DNA of 32,352 bases from Octopus bimaculoides. Lineage: Eukaryota. The DNA lies in NCBI RefSeq assembly GCF_001194135.2, contig NC_068992.1, positions 15,716,742-15,749,093 of the forward strand, given 5' to 3'. The notes below the pieces were generated by a model that saw nothing but the letters and a program-made list of their open reading frames with translations, was not told the DNA's origin and ran no database searches. Positions 9,573 to 19,924 of the stretch are shown piece by piece; position 1 is the stretch's first letter; each line of letters begins with the position of its first letter. The position numbers and the translations under genes were made by a program.

Positions 9573-10062
9573 TGTAGTGAAACCACCTCTCTCGGTTATT
9601 TATTTACAAATACGAACGTAGCGGGTAACATCTATCTCGCTCACGCCTTGGACCCTGCTGTGTCCATCACCCTGATTGACTCTTATTTGCGCGGCATTTG
9701 TCTCCAGTTCTGTTTCGCGCCAGGGTGCATACCGACCAATCGTGGCCATCTAATAAGGTCACGTGAGAGAGTGCTTTTCTGATGGTTCTGGAGCCTCTTT
9801 GTACCTATAAATAGCCTGTTTTATTCACACCAGTTTGTCGCGGCTTCTGATCTTCTAAGGTCTGGTCGTTGACCACGTAACACCAACCAGCCAGTTTCCA
9901 GCGACGACATCAACACCATCGTTCAACTGTTTACTACAAGCTTCGTCGCCAACGTCAACACGACGTCTCTACGTACACAAGCTACCAACAGCAACCAAAC
10001 AGCGCCCGCACAGGTTCACTCAATACTGTTGTGAAATATCTTCACCAAGGTTAACAGAACTC
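9573..10062 (+). mobile_element. Probable LTR (or solo LTR), truncated by the assembly gap
   Basis: Starts TGTAGTG directly after (TA)n, with an abrupt rise in GC/CpG, GACCAATC at about 9735 and TATAAATAG at about 9806. The 3' CA end and PBS are not visible. Confidence 0.45.
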
Positions 10063-11105
10063 NNNNNNNNNNNNNNNNNNNNNNNNNNNNNNNNNNNNNN
10101 NNNNNNNNNNNNNNNNNNNNNNNNNNNNNNNNNNNNNNNNNNNNNNNNNNNNNNNNNNNNNNNNNNNNNNNNNNNNNNNNNNNNNNNNNNNNNNNNNNNN
10201 NNNNNNNNNNNNNNNNNNNNNNNNNNNNNNNNNNNNNNNNNNNNNNNNNNNNNNNNNNNNNNNNNNNNNNNNNNNNNNNNNNNNNNNNNNNNNNNNNNNN
10301 NNNNNNNNNNNNNNNNNNNNNNNNNNNNNNNNNNNNNNNNNNNNNNNNNNNNNNNNNNNNNNNNNNNNNNNNNNNNNNNNNNNNNNNNNNNNNNNNNNNN
10401 NNNNNNNNNNNNNNNNNNNNNNNNNNNNNNNNNNNNNNNNNNNNNNNNNNNNNNNNNNNNNNNNNNNNNNNNNNNNNNNNNNNNNNNNNNNNNNNNNNNN
10501 NNNNNNNNNNNNNNNNNNNNNNNNNNNNNNNNNNNNNNNNNNNNNNNNNNNNNNNNNNNNNNNNNNNNNNNNNNNNNNNNNNNNNNNNNNNNNNNNNNNN
10601 NNNNNNNNNNNNNNNNNNNNNNNNNNNNNNNNNNNNNNNNNNNNNNNNNNNNNNNNNNNNNNNNNNNNNNNNNNNNNNNNNNNNNNNNNNNNNNNNNNNN
10701 NNNNNNNNNNNNNNNNNNNNNNNNNNNNNNNNNNNNNNNNNNNNNNNNNNNNNNNNNNNNNNNNNNNNNNNNNNNNNNNNNNNNNNNNNNNNNNNNNNNN
10801 NNNNNNNNNNNNNNNNNNNNNNNNNNNNNNNNNNNNNNNNNNNNNNNNNNNNNNNNNNNNNNNNNNNNNNNNNNNNNNNNNNNNNNNNNNNNNNNNNNNN
10901 NNNNNNNNNNNNNNNNNNNNNNNNNNNNNNNNNNNNNNNNNNNNNNNNNNNNNNNNNNNNNNNNNNNNNNNNNNNNNNNNNNNNNNNNNNNNNNNNNNNN
11001 NNNNNATCTTTAGATCAGGCAATACTTCACCGAGAGGAGATATAAGCTTCTGCTTACTCCTGTCTGAAGTATCGTCCGATACTTCAGACTTATCGTCCGA
11101 TGAAT

Positions 11106-11258
11106 TTACTTTGTTGACATATCGACAGAATTTTTATACCTTTCAATCAAGTCCGCCTTTCTTCCAGTAACATACTGTCCATATAATCTTAAATATTTCT
11201 TTAACTCAGGCACAGTAAGTACTTCGATAGCTGAATCATCAAGCTGCTTTATATCCAT
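11106..11258 (-). pseudogene. SAP-domain ORF (50 aa), probably the frameshifted 5' part of a DNA-transposon-associated gene
   Basis: Manual translation MDIKQLDDSAIEVLTVPELKKYLRLYGQYVTGRKADLIERYKNSVDMSTK*. LTVPELKKYLRLYGQYVTGRKADLIER matches the SAP pattern LTVxELKxxLxxxGLxxSGxKxxLIxR. A shifted frame continues VNKVNSSDDKSEVSDD...LISPLGEVLPDLK into the gap at 11005. Confidence 0.75.
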
Positions 11259-11744
11259 GATAAGACGTAAAACAATAACAATGGCGTGGGTTAGCCTCCG
11301 GAAGTTTAATTATCTACATGGAGCGCCGCCTAGCCAAGGGAGATAACCTACTTATAGGAAAGCCCTATACTGTTACATTCACATACATATATTTGTATAC
11401 GCACGCTTTGTTTACATGACGGCCTGTCTTATATTGTGTTTTATTATGTCGCATTCACACTCACACAGACATTCTAGTAGACAACCAATAAAACCTTACT
11501 TTTATACATATTTACCGGTTGAGTCGCTCTCTTTTCCTTGCTAGCATTTACTCGCATTTCACATGTGAGTTCTCTTATATTATATTTTTGTGTCGACCGT
11601 GCGACGCGTTAAAAGGAGCCTGTTCCATCCGTCACCATTCTCCTTTGGTTCGCACGGTCGTTTTCTACATATATACATACACATATACATATACATTTTG
11701 TGCGTATATATATACATGTGTGTGTGTGTGTGTGTGTGTGTATC

Positions 11745-11935
11745 CTTTACATTAAAGCCTAAAATTTTAGGGGAGGGGACTAGTCGATTACATCGATCCC
11801 ATCGTTTCACTGGCATTTAATTTATCGACCTCGAAAGGGTGAAAGGCAAAGTCGACCTCGGCGGAATTTGAACTCAGAACGTAGCAGCAGACGAAGTACT
11901 GCTAAGCATTTTGCCCTGTGAGCTAAAGATTCTGC
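11745..11935 (-). mobile_element. SINE family B
   Basis: Reverse complement of the B consensus, including GGCAAAGTCGACCTCGGCGGAATTTGAACTCAGAACG. Confidence 0.85.
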
Positions 11936-12397
11936 CTAATACATATGGTGCTATTAAGTTAGACATAGCCTGGACCATCTTTGGTCGAAACAGCTATGTT
12001 ACCTAAGTTATATATATATATATATATNNNNNNNNNNNNNNNNNNNNNNNNNNNNNNNNNNNNNNNNNNNNNNNNNNNNNNNNNNNNNNNNNNNNNNNNN
12101 NNNNNNNNNNNNNNNNNNNNNNNNNNNNNNNNNNNNNNNNNNNNNNNNNNNNNNNNNNNNNNNNNNNNNNNNNNNNNNNNNNNNNNNNNNNNNNNNNNNN
12201 NNNNNNNNNNNNNNNNNNNNNNNNNNNNNNNNNNNNNNNNNNNNNNNNNNNNNNNNNNNNNNNNNNNNNNNNNNNNNNNNNNNNNNNNNNNNNNNNNNNN
12301 NNNNNNNNNNNNNNNNNNNNNNNNNNNNNNNNNNNNNNNNNNNNNNNNNNNNNNNNNNNNNNNNNNNNNNNNNNNNNNNNNNNNNNNNNNNNNNNNN

Positions 12398-13045
12398 AAC
12401 ATCCAGACAGACGATACAAAGAAAACAAGGACGGGTCATTCGGCGTTTTTCTCTCCTCAGTTGAGTTCCAGATTATCTTTGCAATTTCAGCTGGTTATAT
12501 TTGAGATTGCTTCAATCTGGCCAGTCTGAAGGAAAAACTAAGCTAAGAGCATTAGATTCCTTGGAAGAAAGCAGCCAATGTATACGAAAACAAGGGCGGA
12601 AAAAAAGCGGAGAAATGTTACACAAATACAAATGCAAATAACAGGACATAACAACAGGTGTCTTTCGACTAAGGATGAATTGAATTAAGCTGTCGTGTGT
12701 GGAAGTAAAGCCTTACGGCAGGGGCATATGATTTGTCGGGCACAGGGAGGAATATAGATGTAGCACGATAGCCGAACCAAGAAAGAAAGGTCACACTTGG
12801 CCGAACACCGGTTACGTGGGGAGAGAGAAGAGAGTGAGGTAGAGGCAGAGGGATAGAAGAATTAATGAGGGGCGAGAAAAAAATGAAAGGGACACAATGA
12901 AGAGAAAGAGGAGGGAAAGTGAGCATGCAGAGAAGGCCAGAAAATATGAGAGAGGGAGCTTAGTTTTTCCTTGGGGCTGGCCAGATTAGAGCAATCGGTT
13001 TGGATGTTTTGCGTTCTTGTCCCATTTTTGTATTTTCTATATATA
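12398..13045. mobile_element. Unclassified interspersed element with inverted terminal duplication (Penelope-like by inference)
   Basis: 12505-12543 is the reverse complement of 12958-12996 (34/39), and the TGGATGTT motif is mirrored at both ends. Left end is cut by a gap. Confidence 0.45.
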
Positions 13046-13077
13046 AAAATATAGCGGCGTACGTACAATTTGGTCTC

Positions 13078-13078
<1 letters not shown>

Positions 13079-13140
<62 letters not shown>
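13079..13140. repeat. (TA)n(TG)n microsatellite
   Basis: Direct reading. Confidence 0.95.
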
Positions 13141-13141
<1 letters not shown>

Positions 13142-14636
13142 CCATCTTAGTTACATTTTTCGGCGCTTTCTTCCGTTATTGGACTTATAAAAAATGGTTA
13201 TTTATCTATATATTGTAATTCTTTATTATTACTTTCTGTATTTTTTATATGTGTATTGTGTATTATTTAAGTTTGATTAGAGAATATTATAAAACTGAAA
13301 GGATTTTGTCTTTAATTATTTCGACTGTCCACCTGCGACTGTGATTAAATTGAATAGGAACACTACGCGATGAATATCTAACACCAAACAATCTTAATCT
13401 CTATATCTAAGCTGCATTAAACTTTGGCAAGCTTACCTTTACCTATTCTGAATTACTTGAAAGGTGATGTTCTCTTTCCTCTCTTCTATTTGTTAATACG
13501 TTGGTTTACCTACCAACGCGCTGTTTCACTTTAAGGATGCTTATTTACCCATCCATGATGATATTTCGACTCTTGTCCGTTGTTTCAAATACGTTTTAGA
13601 ATTGTCGTTCTAGCCTTTTTTAAACAATCACATATGATTCGTTCCAAAGAATCAACCTTTAAATAAGAATCAACCTCCACAATAACCAGCCTTCAATTTG
13701 ATTTTCTGTTCCTAGGTTAATCGGAAACGTAGATTGCCGTGCTACGCATAAACCTTCCTTTCTACTAGAGGCACAAGGCCTGAAATTTGGTGGGAGGGGG
13801 GGGCAGTCGATTAGATCAACCCCAGTAATTGCTATATATATATATATATATNNNNNNNNNNNNNNNNNNNNNNNNNNNNNNNNNNNNNNNNNNNNNNNNN
13901 NNNNNNNNNNNNNNNNNNNNNNNNNNNNNNNNNNNNNNNNNNNNNNNNNNNNNNNNNNNNNNNNNNNNNNNNNNNNNNNNNNNNNNNNNNNNNNNNNNNN
14001 NNNNNNNNNNNNNNNNNNNNNNNNNNNNNNNNNNNNNNNNNNNNNNNNNNNNNNNNNNNNNNNNNNNNNNNNNNNNNNNNNNNNNNNNNNNNNNNNNNNN
14101 NNNNNNNNNNNNNNNNNNNNNNNNNNNNNNNNNNNNNNNNNNNNNNNNNNNNNNNNNNNNNNNNNNNNNNNNNNNNNNNNNNNNNNNNNNNNNNNNNNNN
14201 NNNNNNNNNNNNNNNNNNNNNNNNNNNNNNNNNNNNNNNNNNNNNNNNNNNNNNNNNNNNNNNNNNNNNNNNNNNNNNNNNNNNNNNNNNNNNNNNNNNN
14301 NNNNNNNNNNNNNNNNNNNNNNNNNNNNNNNNNNNNNNNNNNNNNNNNNNNNNNNNNNNNNNNNNNNNNNNNNNNNNNNNNNNNNNNNNTATATATATAT
14401 ATATGTACACAGATATGGGTACACGCTCACCTGTTATATATAGGAGAGAGAGAGAGAGAGAGAGAGGTAGAGTGTTATAAGCAATAATATAGGGAGAGTA
14501 AACTCCGTTCTTCATAAAAAAAAAAACAGCTGAAGATTAAAAATAATTTGCATTAACCATGCTAGGGTTATAATATCATAATTAGTTTCAGCTGGCGTTG
14601 ATTTTCACCCCACACCCTTTTTTCTTGTTGTTTTAA

Positions 14637-14701
14637 AGTGTTCTAAGTCGGTGGACTGAAATACCTCTGACTTCGGAAGCGTGGGTTCGATTCGCGTCCC
14701 C
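14637..14701 (+). pseudogene. Degenerate type II tRNA (Leu-like) pseudogene
   Basis: TCTAAGTCGGTGGA...CTTCGGAAGCGTGGGTTCGATTC resembles tRNA-Leu TCTAAGGCGCTGGA...CTTCGGAGGCGTGGGTTCGAATC, including the variable arm and B box. The acceptor stem is lost. Confidence 0.6.
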
Positions 14702-15384
14702 TTTGCTTAGGTAAATTTTATTTAGTAGTAAGCTAACCCAGTTTAAAACCATACCAAGTTTGCTTGGGTATCTGAAACGGAGTCTTGTGTGCCATGCGGG
14801 GCTTTTCGGATTGAGGCTACCGTCTTGTTTTTCTCCCTCCAATCATAGAAATCCTGTACAGGTCATAAGTACTGTCACAATTCGCAAGTAAAAAGATAAA
14901 CTTCTCCACGAAACAAAAATCTCCTGAGCCGCTAAATATCGTATTTCATTTGTCCCGCTACGTTTCCTGGGTGTTAGCCGATCGGATAAAATTTTTTAAT
15001 TTTTTATTTTTATTAATACTTATGTTTTTCAAAACAGTAAATGTCTCAGTCTCGCCTGTTCTACATTTGATTTAGTGGTTTAGTTATATAACAAGATTAA
15101 CTTGCTTATGACGGAGCACATCAAAAAACACATTTGAAAATTTATTTCTAGTCACACAACTTCGCTTCAACTCATTAAGTTGTTTAGAACAAAATAAAAC
15201 GTTGATACGTAGCTTGAAACCCTTACATAATTAAACGATAAATCATAATGGTTATATAAAAAGAACTTCCATGTTATTTATTCATTTTCCTTCGACAGTC
15301 TTAATTTCATGAATGATTGTTGTTGAAAGAAATAAAGACCGAAACTAGAAATAAGTTTGAGGTGATAGTTATTAAATGTTTGCT

Positions 15385-15547
15385 TACTACTACAACTACT
15401 ACTACTACTATTACTACTACTACTACTACTATCAGTAATACCAAGTGTCCCACCTATCGCCGCGCTGCCACCACGACGACCACCATCACCACTTGCTACT
15501 ACTACTACTGCTGCTGCTGCTGCTACTACTACTACTACTGCTACTAC
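15385..15547. repeat. (CTA)n/(CTG)n/(CCA)n trinucleotide tract about 90 bp upstream of the SLC25A35 acceptor
   Basis: Direct reading. Produces the poly-T/Y/C/L ORFs in the track. Confidence 0.95.
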
Positions 15548-15650
15548 GTTTTGGTGTTGTCACAGTAGTATTTTTTTTCCTTTTTTTTTCCTTCCTCCCT
15601 TTTTTATTTCAGTGTGTTTATCCTTTCTGTAGGGGCCACATGTTGACAGA

Positions 15651-16061
15651 ATGGAGAGTAAAAGACAACGGCCACGATCGAACAAGATCGAATTCATCCT
15701 CGGAGGTTTATCCTCGTCAGGTGCAGGGATTTTTACTAATCCCCTCGAGGTAGTCAAAACCCGCATGCAACTGCAAGGGGAACTAAAAGCGAAGGGCCTG
15801 TACACTGTTCATTATCGTCACGTGTTTCACGCTTTTTTCACCATTGCTAGAAACGACGGTATTCTTGCATTGCAAAACGGTTTAGTCCCTGCACTCTGGT
15901 ACCAGTTTTTCATGAACGGTGTGAGACTGGGATCCTTTCAGATTTTCGACAATATGGGTTTTACTAGAGGCAAGGATGGCAGGGTTAGTTTCCCTCAAAG
16001 TGTTGTAGCCGGTGCCCTAGCTGGCTGTATTGGAGCCGCTGTTGGTAGTCCCTTCTACATG
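15651..16061 (+). CDS. SLC25A35: First coding exon (137 codons) of mitochondrial carrier SLC25A35 (SLC25A34/35, OAC1-like clade); rest of the gene lies beyond the window
   Basis: Translation [19 protein letters not shown]...[66 protein letters not shown]...GSPFYM has the carrier signature P-x-[DE]-x-x-[KR] (PLEVVK). It closely follows the vertebrate SLC25A35 N-terminus as I recall it ([39 protein letters not shown]). Acceptor tcctttctgtag ends at 15632; donor ATG|gtgagt at 16062 (phase 0). Confidence 0.93.
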
Positions 16062-16716
16062 GTGAGTATTGTATTTTATTAACTTCGTCGTTGTTCTGAT
16101 GTTTTTGATATTATTTTTTCATATTTCGGAGGGTTTTGATTCATACAACGCCTACAAAATAATGCAGTAGTAATTAAATATTTGAGATTCTTTTACTGAT
16201 CCCCCAATTACTAGTTTGCGATCATACTGGGGTACCATCTTCAAGGGTTTAGTCCGGTCATATCAACTCCATTTAAGTTATTTTTCATCGATCGCTAATT
16301 TACAGAGCATAACTGCAGTTTAAGGCCCCATCTTGTAAACTTTTTTTTTTTCATAACACTGAAAAAGTTTCTGCTTTTCTTTAAATGATATTCATTTTCG
16401 ATGGTGTAGATTATGATTATTTTGGTGGACATTGGAATTAGACACTGAGGGAAAATGGCTGTAACTTTTTTTATTTTTTAATTTTGGCGATTTTCGTTTT
16501 CGATAATGTGTTCTATATGTCACGGTCATGCGATTCCCCCTAAAAAACATTTTGGACCCCCCCTTCCCTACACCCCCACCCCACACTTGATATGCTAGAA
16601 ATAACAGCTAAACGCGGACAATCCAAATCTTGCATTGGTCCAGATGGACTATATGTAATCTGAACCTTTCCCCCCCTTATTTATTTTTTTTTTTTTATGG
16701 AATCCCATAATAGTAA

Positions 16717-16926
16717 GGCGGTGAGCTGGCAGAAACGTTAGCACGCCGGGCGAAATGCTTAGCGTCTTGTCTTTACGTTTTGAGTTCAAGTTCCGGCGAG
16801 GTCGACTTTGCCTTTCATCCTTTCGGGGTCGATAAATTAAGTACCAGTTGCGTACTGGGGTCGATCTAATCGACTGGCTCCCTGCCCCCCCCAAAATTTC
16901 GGGCCTTGTGCCTAGAGTAGAAAATA
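16717..16926 (+). mobile_element. SINE family B, young near-full-length copy with 10-bp TSD
   Basis: GGCGGTGAGCTGGCAGAAACGTTAGCACG head and B box GAGTTCAAGTTCC. TSD ATAATAGTAA at 16707-16716 and 16927-16936. Confidence 0.9.
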
Positions 16927-17189
16927 ATAATAGTAATAATAATAAAATCTAAAATCAATTCAGTATCCATAAAACGTTTTACATATTTGTTCACATTTCA
17001 GTCAATATGAGGCACAACTGATGACAGTTGTGACAAACTACTTTAATTAGAGATTTCATCCATTAAAGCAGTTACATGGATTCTTTTTGTCATTTGCTTT
17101 TTAATTTGATACAAAAAAAAAAAAACCCCAATATTAATTGACAGAATTAAATCATTCTAACTAGTTGATGACAGCCCTTTAAAAACAGC

Positions 17190-17400
17190 AGAGGCACATC
17201 GTTTAATGGTTAAGGGTGTTGCACTTGTGATCGTAAAGATTGTGGTTTCAATTTCCGGACTGAGTGATGTGTTATGTTCTTTTCACATAGCTCCAGTTCA
17301 CTCAGCTTGTAAAAGTGAGTAATCCTGTTTTGGGCTGGCATCTCATCCAGGAGGAAGATATACACCACAGAAACCAGAAAACTGGTCCTATGAGTCTATA
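17190..17400 (+). mobile_element. SINE family F (tRNA head + CORE-like), diverged; another copy at about 18843-18963
   Basis: TGGTTAAGGGTGTTGCAC..GATCGTAAAGATTGTGGTTTCAATT..GCTCCAGTTCACTCAGCT, homologous to the 24836-25136 copy. Confidence 0.7.
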
Positions 17401-17589
17401 TAATTTGGAAAGGAGATTTAAAAACAGCAGCAGTTTTTATATGATTTTTGCAATTTTTCATTGAAGCTATTGATACGGGGGGGGGGGGGCTAACTCAATA
17501 TATTTACTTCTGTTTTCTCTTTCATTATGATCACATAACTGAATTCTTACATTCTCAAAAACATGTTATACTAATACTGCTGTATTTGA

Positions 17590-17828
17590 TGGCATAAAAG
17601 GCACACAAATATTGCCAGTACCGTGTGACTGTCCCTCGTGCCGGTGGCTCGTAAAAGCACCCACTACACTCTCGGAGTGGTTGGCGTTAGGAAGGGCATC
17701 CAGCTGTAGAAACTCTGCCAGATCAGATTGGAGCCTGGCGCAGCCTTCTGGCTTGCCAGTGCTCAGTCAAATCGTCCAACCCATGCTAGCATGGAAAGTG
17801 GACGTTATACGATGATGATGATGATGAT
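17590..17828 (+). mobile_element. Family D, young copy
   Basis: CTACACTCTCGGAGTGGTTGGCGTTAGGAAGGGCATCCAGCTGTAGAAACTCTGCC...(GAT)n. Confidence 0.9.
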
Positions 17829-18179
17829 CCCATCTTCAGCTGTGCATTTTCAAGAAAAATGTTTTTACTACATTAACACATTAGCCGCCACATGTACCAC
17901 ATGTTTATTGCAAACTTCACACAACCGTCCGATGCACCACTGGGGGTACATTTTTCATAATTTGAGAAACTATTTTATTCTTATCTTTGACATGGTTTCG
18001 AGGATATTTAACCCTTTTTATAATTTAAACCGGCCATATCTGGCCCCAAATGTTTTATTTGTTTTATGCTCAGACTAGCTGTATTTGGCCTCTCATACAT
18101 ACTCTACAATGTCATTCAAAACCATAAACATTCACATCAAATCTCAAAGCTACAACTTAATGTATGATTTAATTAAAAA

Positions 18180-18585
18180 TCATCATCATCATTTAATGTT
18201 CGGAGCTGGCTGAGCAGGAGCCTGCATCATGCTTCTCTGTTGGTTTTGGCATGATCATTACGCTGGATTCCCTTCCTAACACCAACCACTCTGTAAGTTA
18301 GTGTATTACTATTCCGATATGAAGAGGTACAATGGTATCTGATGACTAGCAACTATTGTGGCTACTAGCATAAAACAGCAACTGCAGTACAACGGCAGTC
18401 ACATATCACACCAGTGGGAGGAACCCACTTTACAACAGCCATCTAGGAAAGGCATCAAGCTGTAAAAATCCTGTCAAAACAGACACAGAAGTCTGGTGCA
18501 GGCTTCTGCCTGGCCGACTCCTATCAAACTCTTGACCCACACCCATGCCAACACAGAAGGTGGACGTTAGATGATGATGATGATC
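18180..18585. mobile_element. Two old family D fragments (about 18180-18290 minus, 18440-18585 plus)
   Basis: (ATC)n and CCCTTCCTAACACCAACCACTC on minus; GGAAAGGCATCAAGCTGT..CCCATGCCAAC..(GAT)n on plus. Confidence 0.7.
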
Positions 18586-18963
18586 ATATTAAGTTATAAC
18601 ATTTCTGATGATGACAGATTGTCAAAACTTGAAACTTTTAATCACTGTCAATAAAGTTACCAGTAACATTTGACTCTACGCATATATTGAGTTCTTCCTT
18701 CAGTTAATATTCACGTATCAGTTTACTGAAATTTTGCTTGGAGGAAAGTCTTGAATTTCTAAATGTTGTTGAAATTTCACTTGCCGTAAAGGAGTTCCTT
18801 GACCCCCTGATGTAGAAGTTTCTTTGTTGGTTCACAATTAATGGTGAAGGAATGTAGCTTAGTGGTTGAGGTATTTTGCTCATGGTCGTGATCTCATGTG
18901 TTTGATTCCCAGTGATGCATTGTGCCTTAAGCAAGATACTTTATTTCATGTTCTCCTGTTCAC

Positions 18964-19220
18964 TCATCATCATCATCATCGTTTAACGTCCGCTTTCCAT
19001 GCTAGCATGGGTTGGACGATTTGACTGAGGACTGGTGAAACCGGATGGCAACACCAGGCTCCAATCTGATTTGGCAGAGTTTCTACAGCTGGATGCCCTT
19101 CTTAACGCCAACCACTCTGAGATTGTAGTGGGTGCTTTTACGTGTCACCGGCACGAAGGCCAGTCAGGCAGTACTGGCAACAGCCACACTCAAATGGTGT
19201 ATTTTATATGCCACTGGCAA
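18964..19220 (-). mobile_element. Family D, young copy
   Basis: Near-identical to the 32121-32352 copy. Confidence 0.9.
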
Positions 19221-19235
19221 AAAATGAGTTGTACT

Positions 19236-19412
19236 TGTAATTCAAAGGACCAGCCTTGTCTTATTTTGTGTCTGCTGAATCTCCCTACGAACTATGTTAA
19301 GGGTACTACGTGTCTGTGACGTACTCAGCCACTTGCACTTTAATTTCACGAACTGGCTGTTCTGTTAATCGAATCAACTGGAACCGTTGTCTCCATAACT
19401 GACGGAGAGCCA
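19236..19412 (+). mobile_element. SINE family E 3' fragment (a minus-strand fragment lies at about 20400-20520)
   Basis: GTAATTCAAAGG..CAGCCTTGTC..TTAATTTCACGA..ATCAACTGGAACC matches the 3' half of the 25665 copy. Confidence 0.75.
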
Positions 19413-19924
19413 GGCATGGTTAGATAATACGTCAAGATATCTTCATTCCACACACCGTTAGTATTTGTATCACCTTTCTTTCTCCTTTTCATTCTGTTTG
19501 GCATGTAAAAAAAAAAGAAAAAAACAAAACTTCAAATACTGCCACCACCACCACCACCATCACCACTACCATCATCATAATCATCATATGCTGACGTCTA
19601 CCGTGTAAAAATGAAATGAAAGTACAAAACAGCAATATAGTATCATATTACACACAATTAATGAAGGTCAAAATTTGCAAATGCTATAAAGTAATATAGA
19701 CTTTTAAGAAACTTAGGCATCTTTAACATTTCCTGTCTCTCCACAGTAAATCAAGTTTTGTTGGCATGACTTACTTCTTTTCTGCATGCTGGCATGTGTT
19801 AGATGGTTCAACGATGAATATGTAGAACAGGTTATGTAAATTATTTAGCTCATGGCATGCAGTATATTTCTATTTCTGTGATGAGGATACACTGTTTCCA
19901 TGGGGTGCAAATAAATTAGCCTTT

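Noticed and set aside
12425-12465. Hammerhead-like CTGAGGA..CGAAT on the minus strand
   Set aside because: Stem II does not pair properly and GAAAC is absent; too weak to call.
10051-14515. Long poly-X ORFs spanning N gaps (also 20933-21645)
   Set aside because: Artefacts of translating Ns. Only the MPDLK edge of 10051-11022 is informative, as part of the SAP element.
15317-15753. Poly-Thr/Tyr/Cys and poly-Leu ORFs just upstream of SLC25A35
   Set aside because: Derived from the trinucleotide tract, and they cross the acceptor at 15632. Only the ATG at 15640 is retained as a possible uORF.
17023-17042. 8-bp perfect hairpin CACAACTG-ATGA-CAGTTGTG containing CTGATGA
   Set aside because: No stem II/GAAA arrangement, so not a hammerhead. 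A short palindrome like this can arise by chance.
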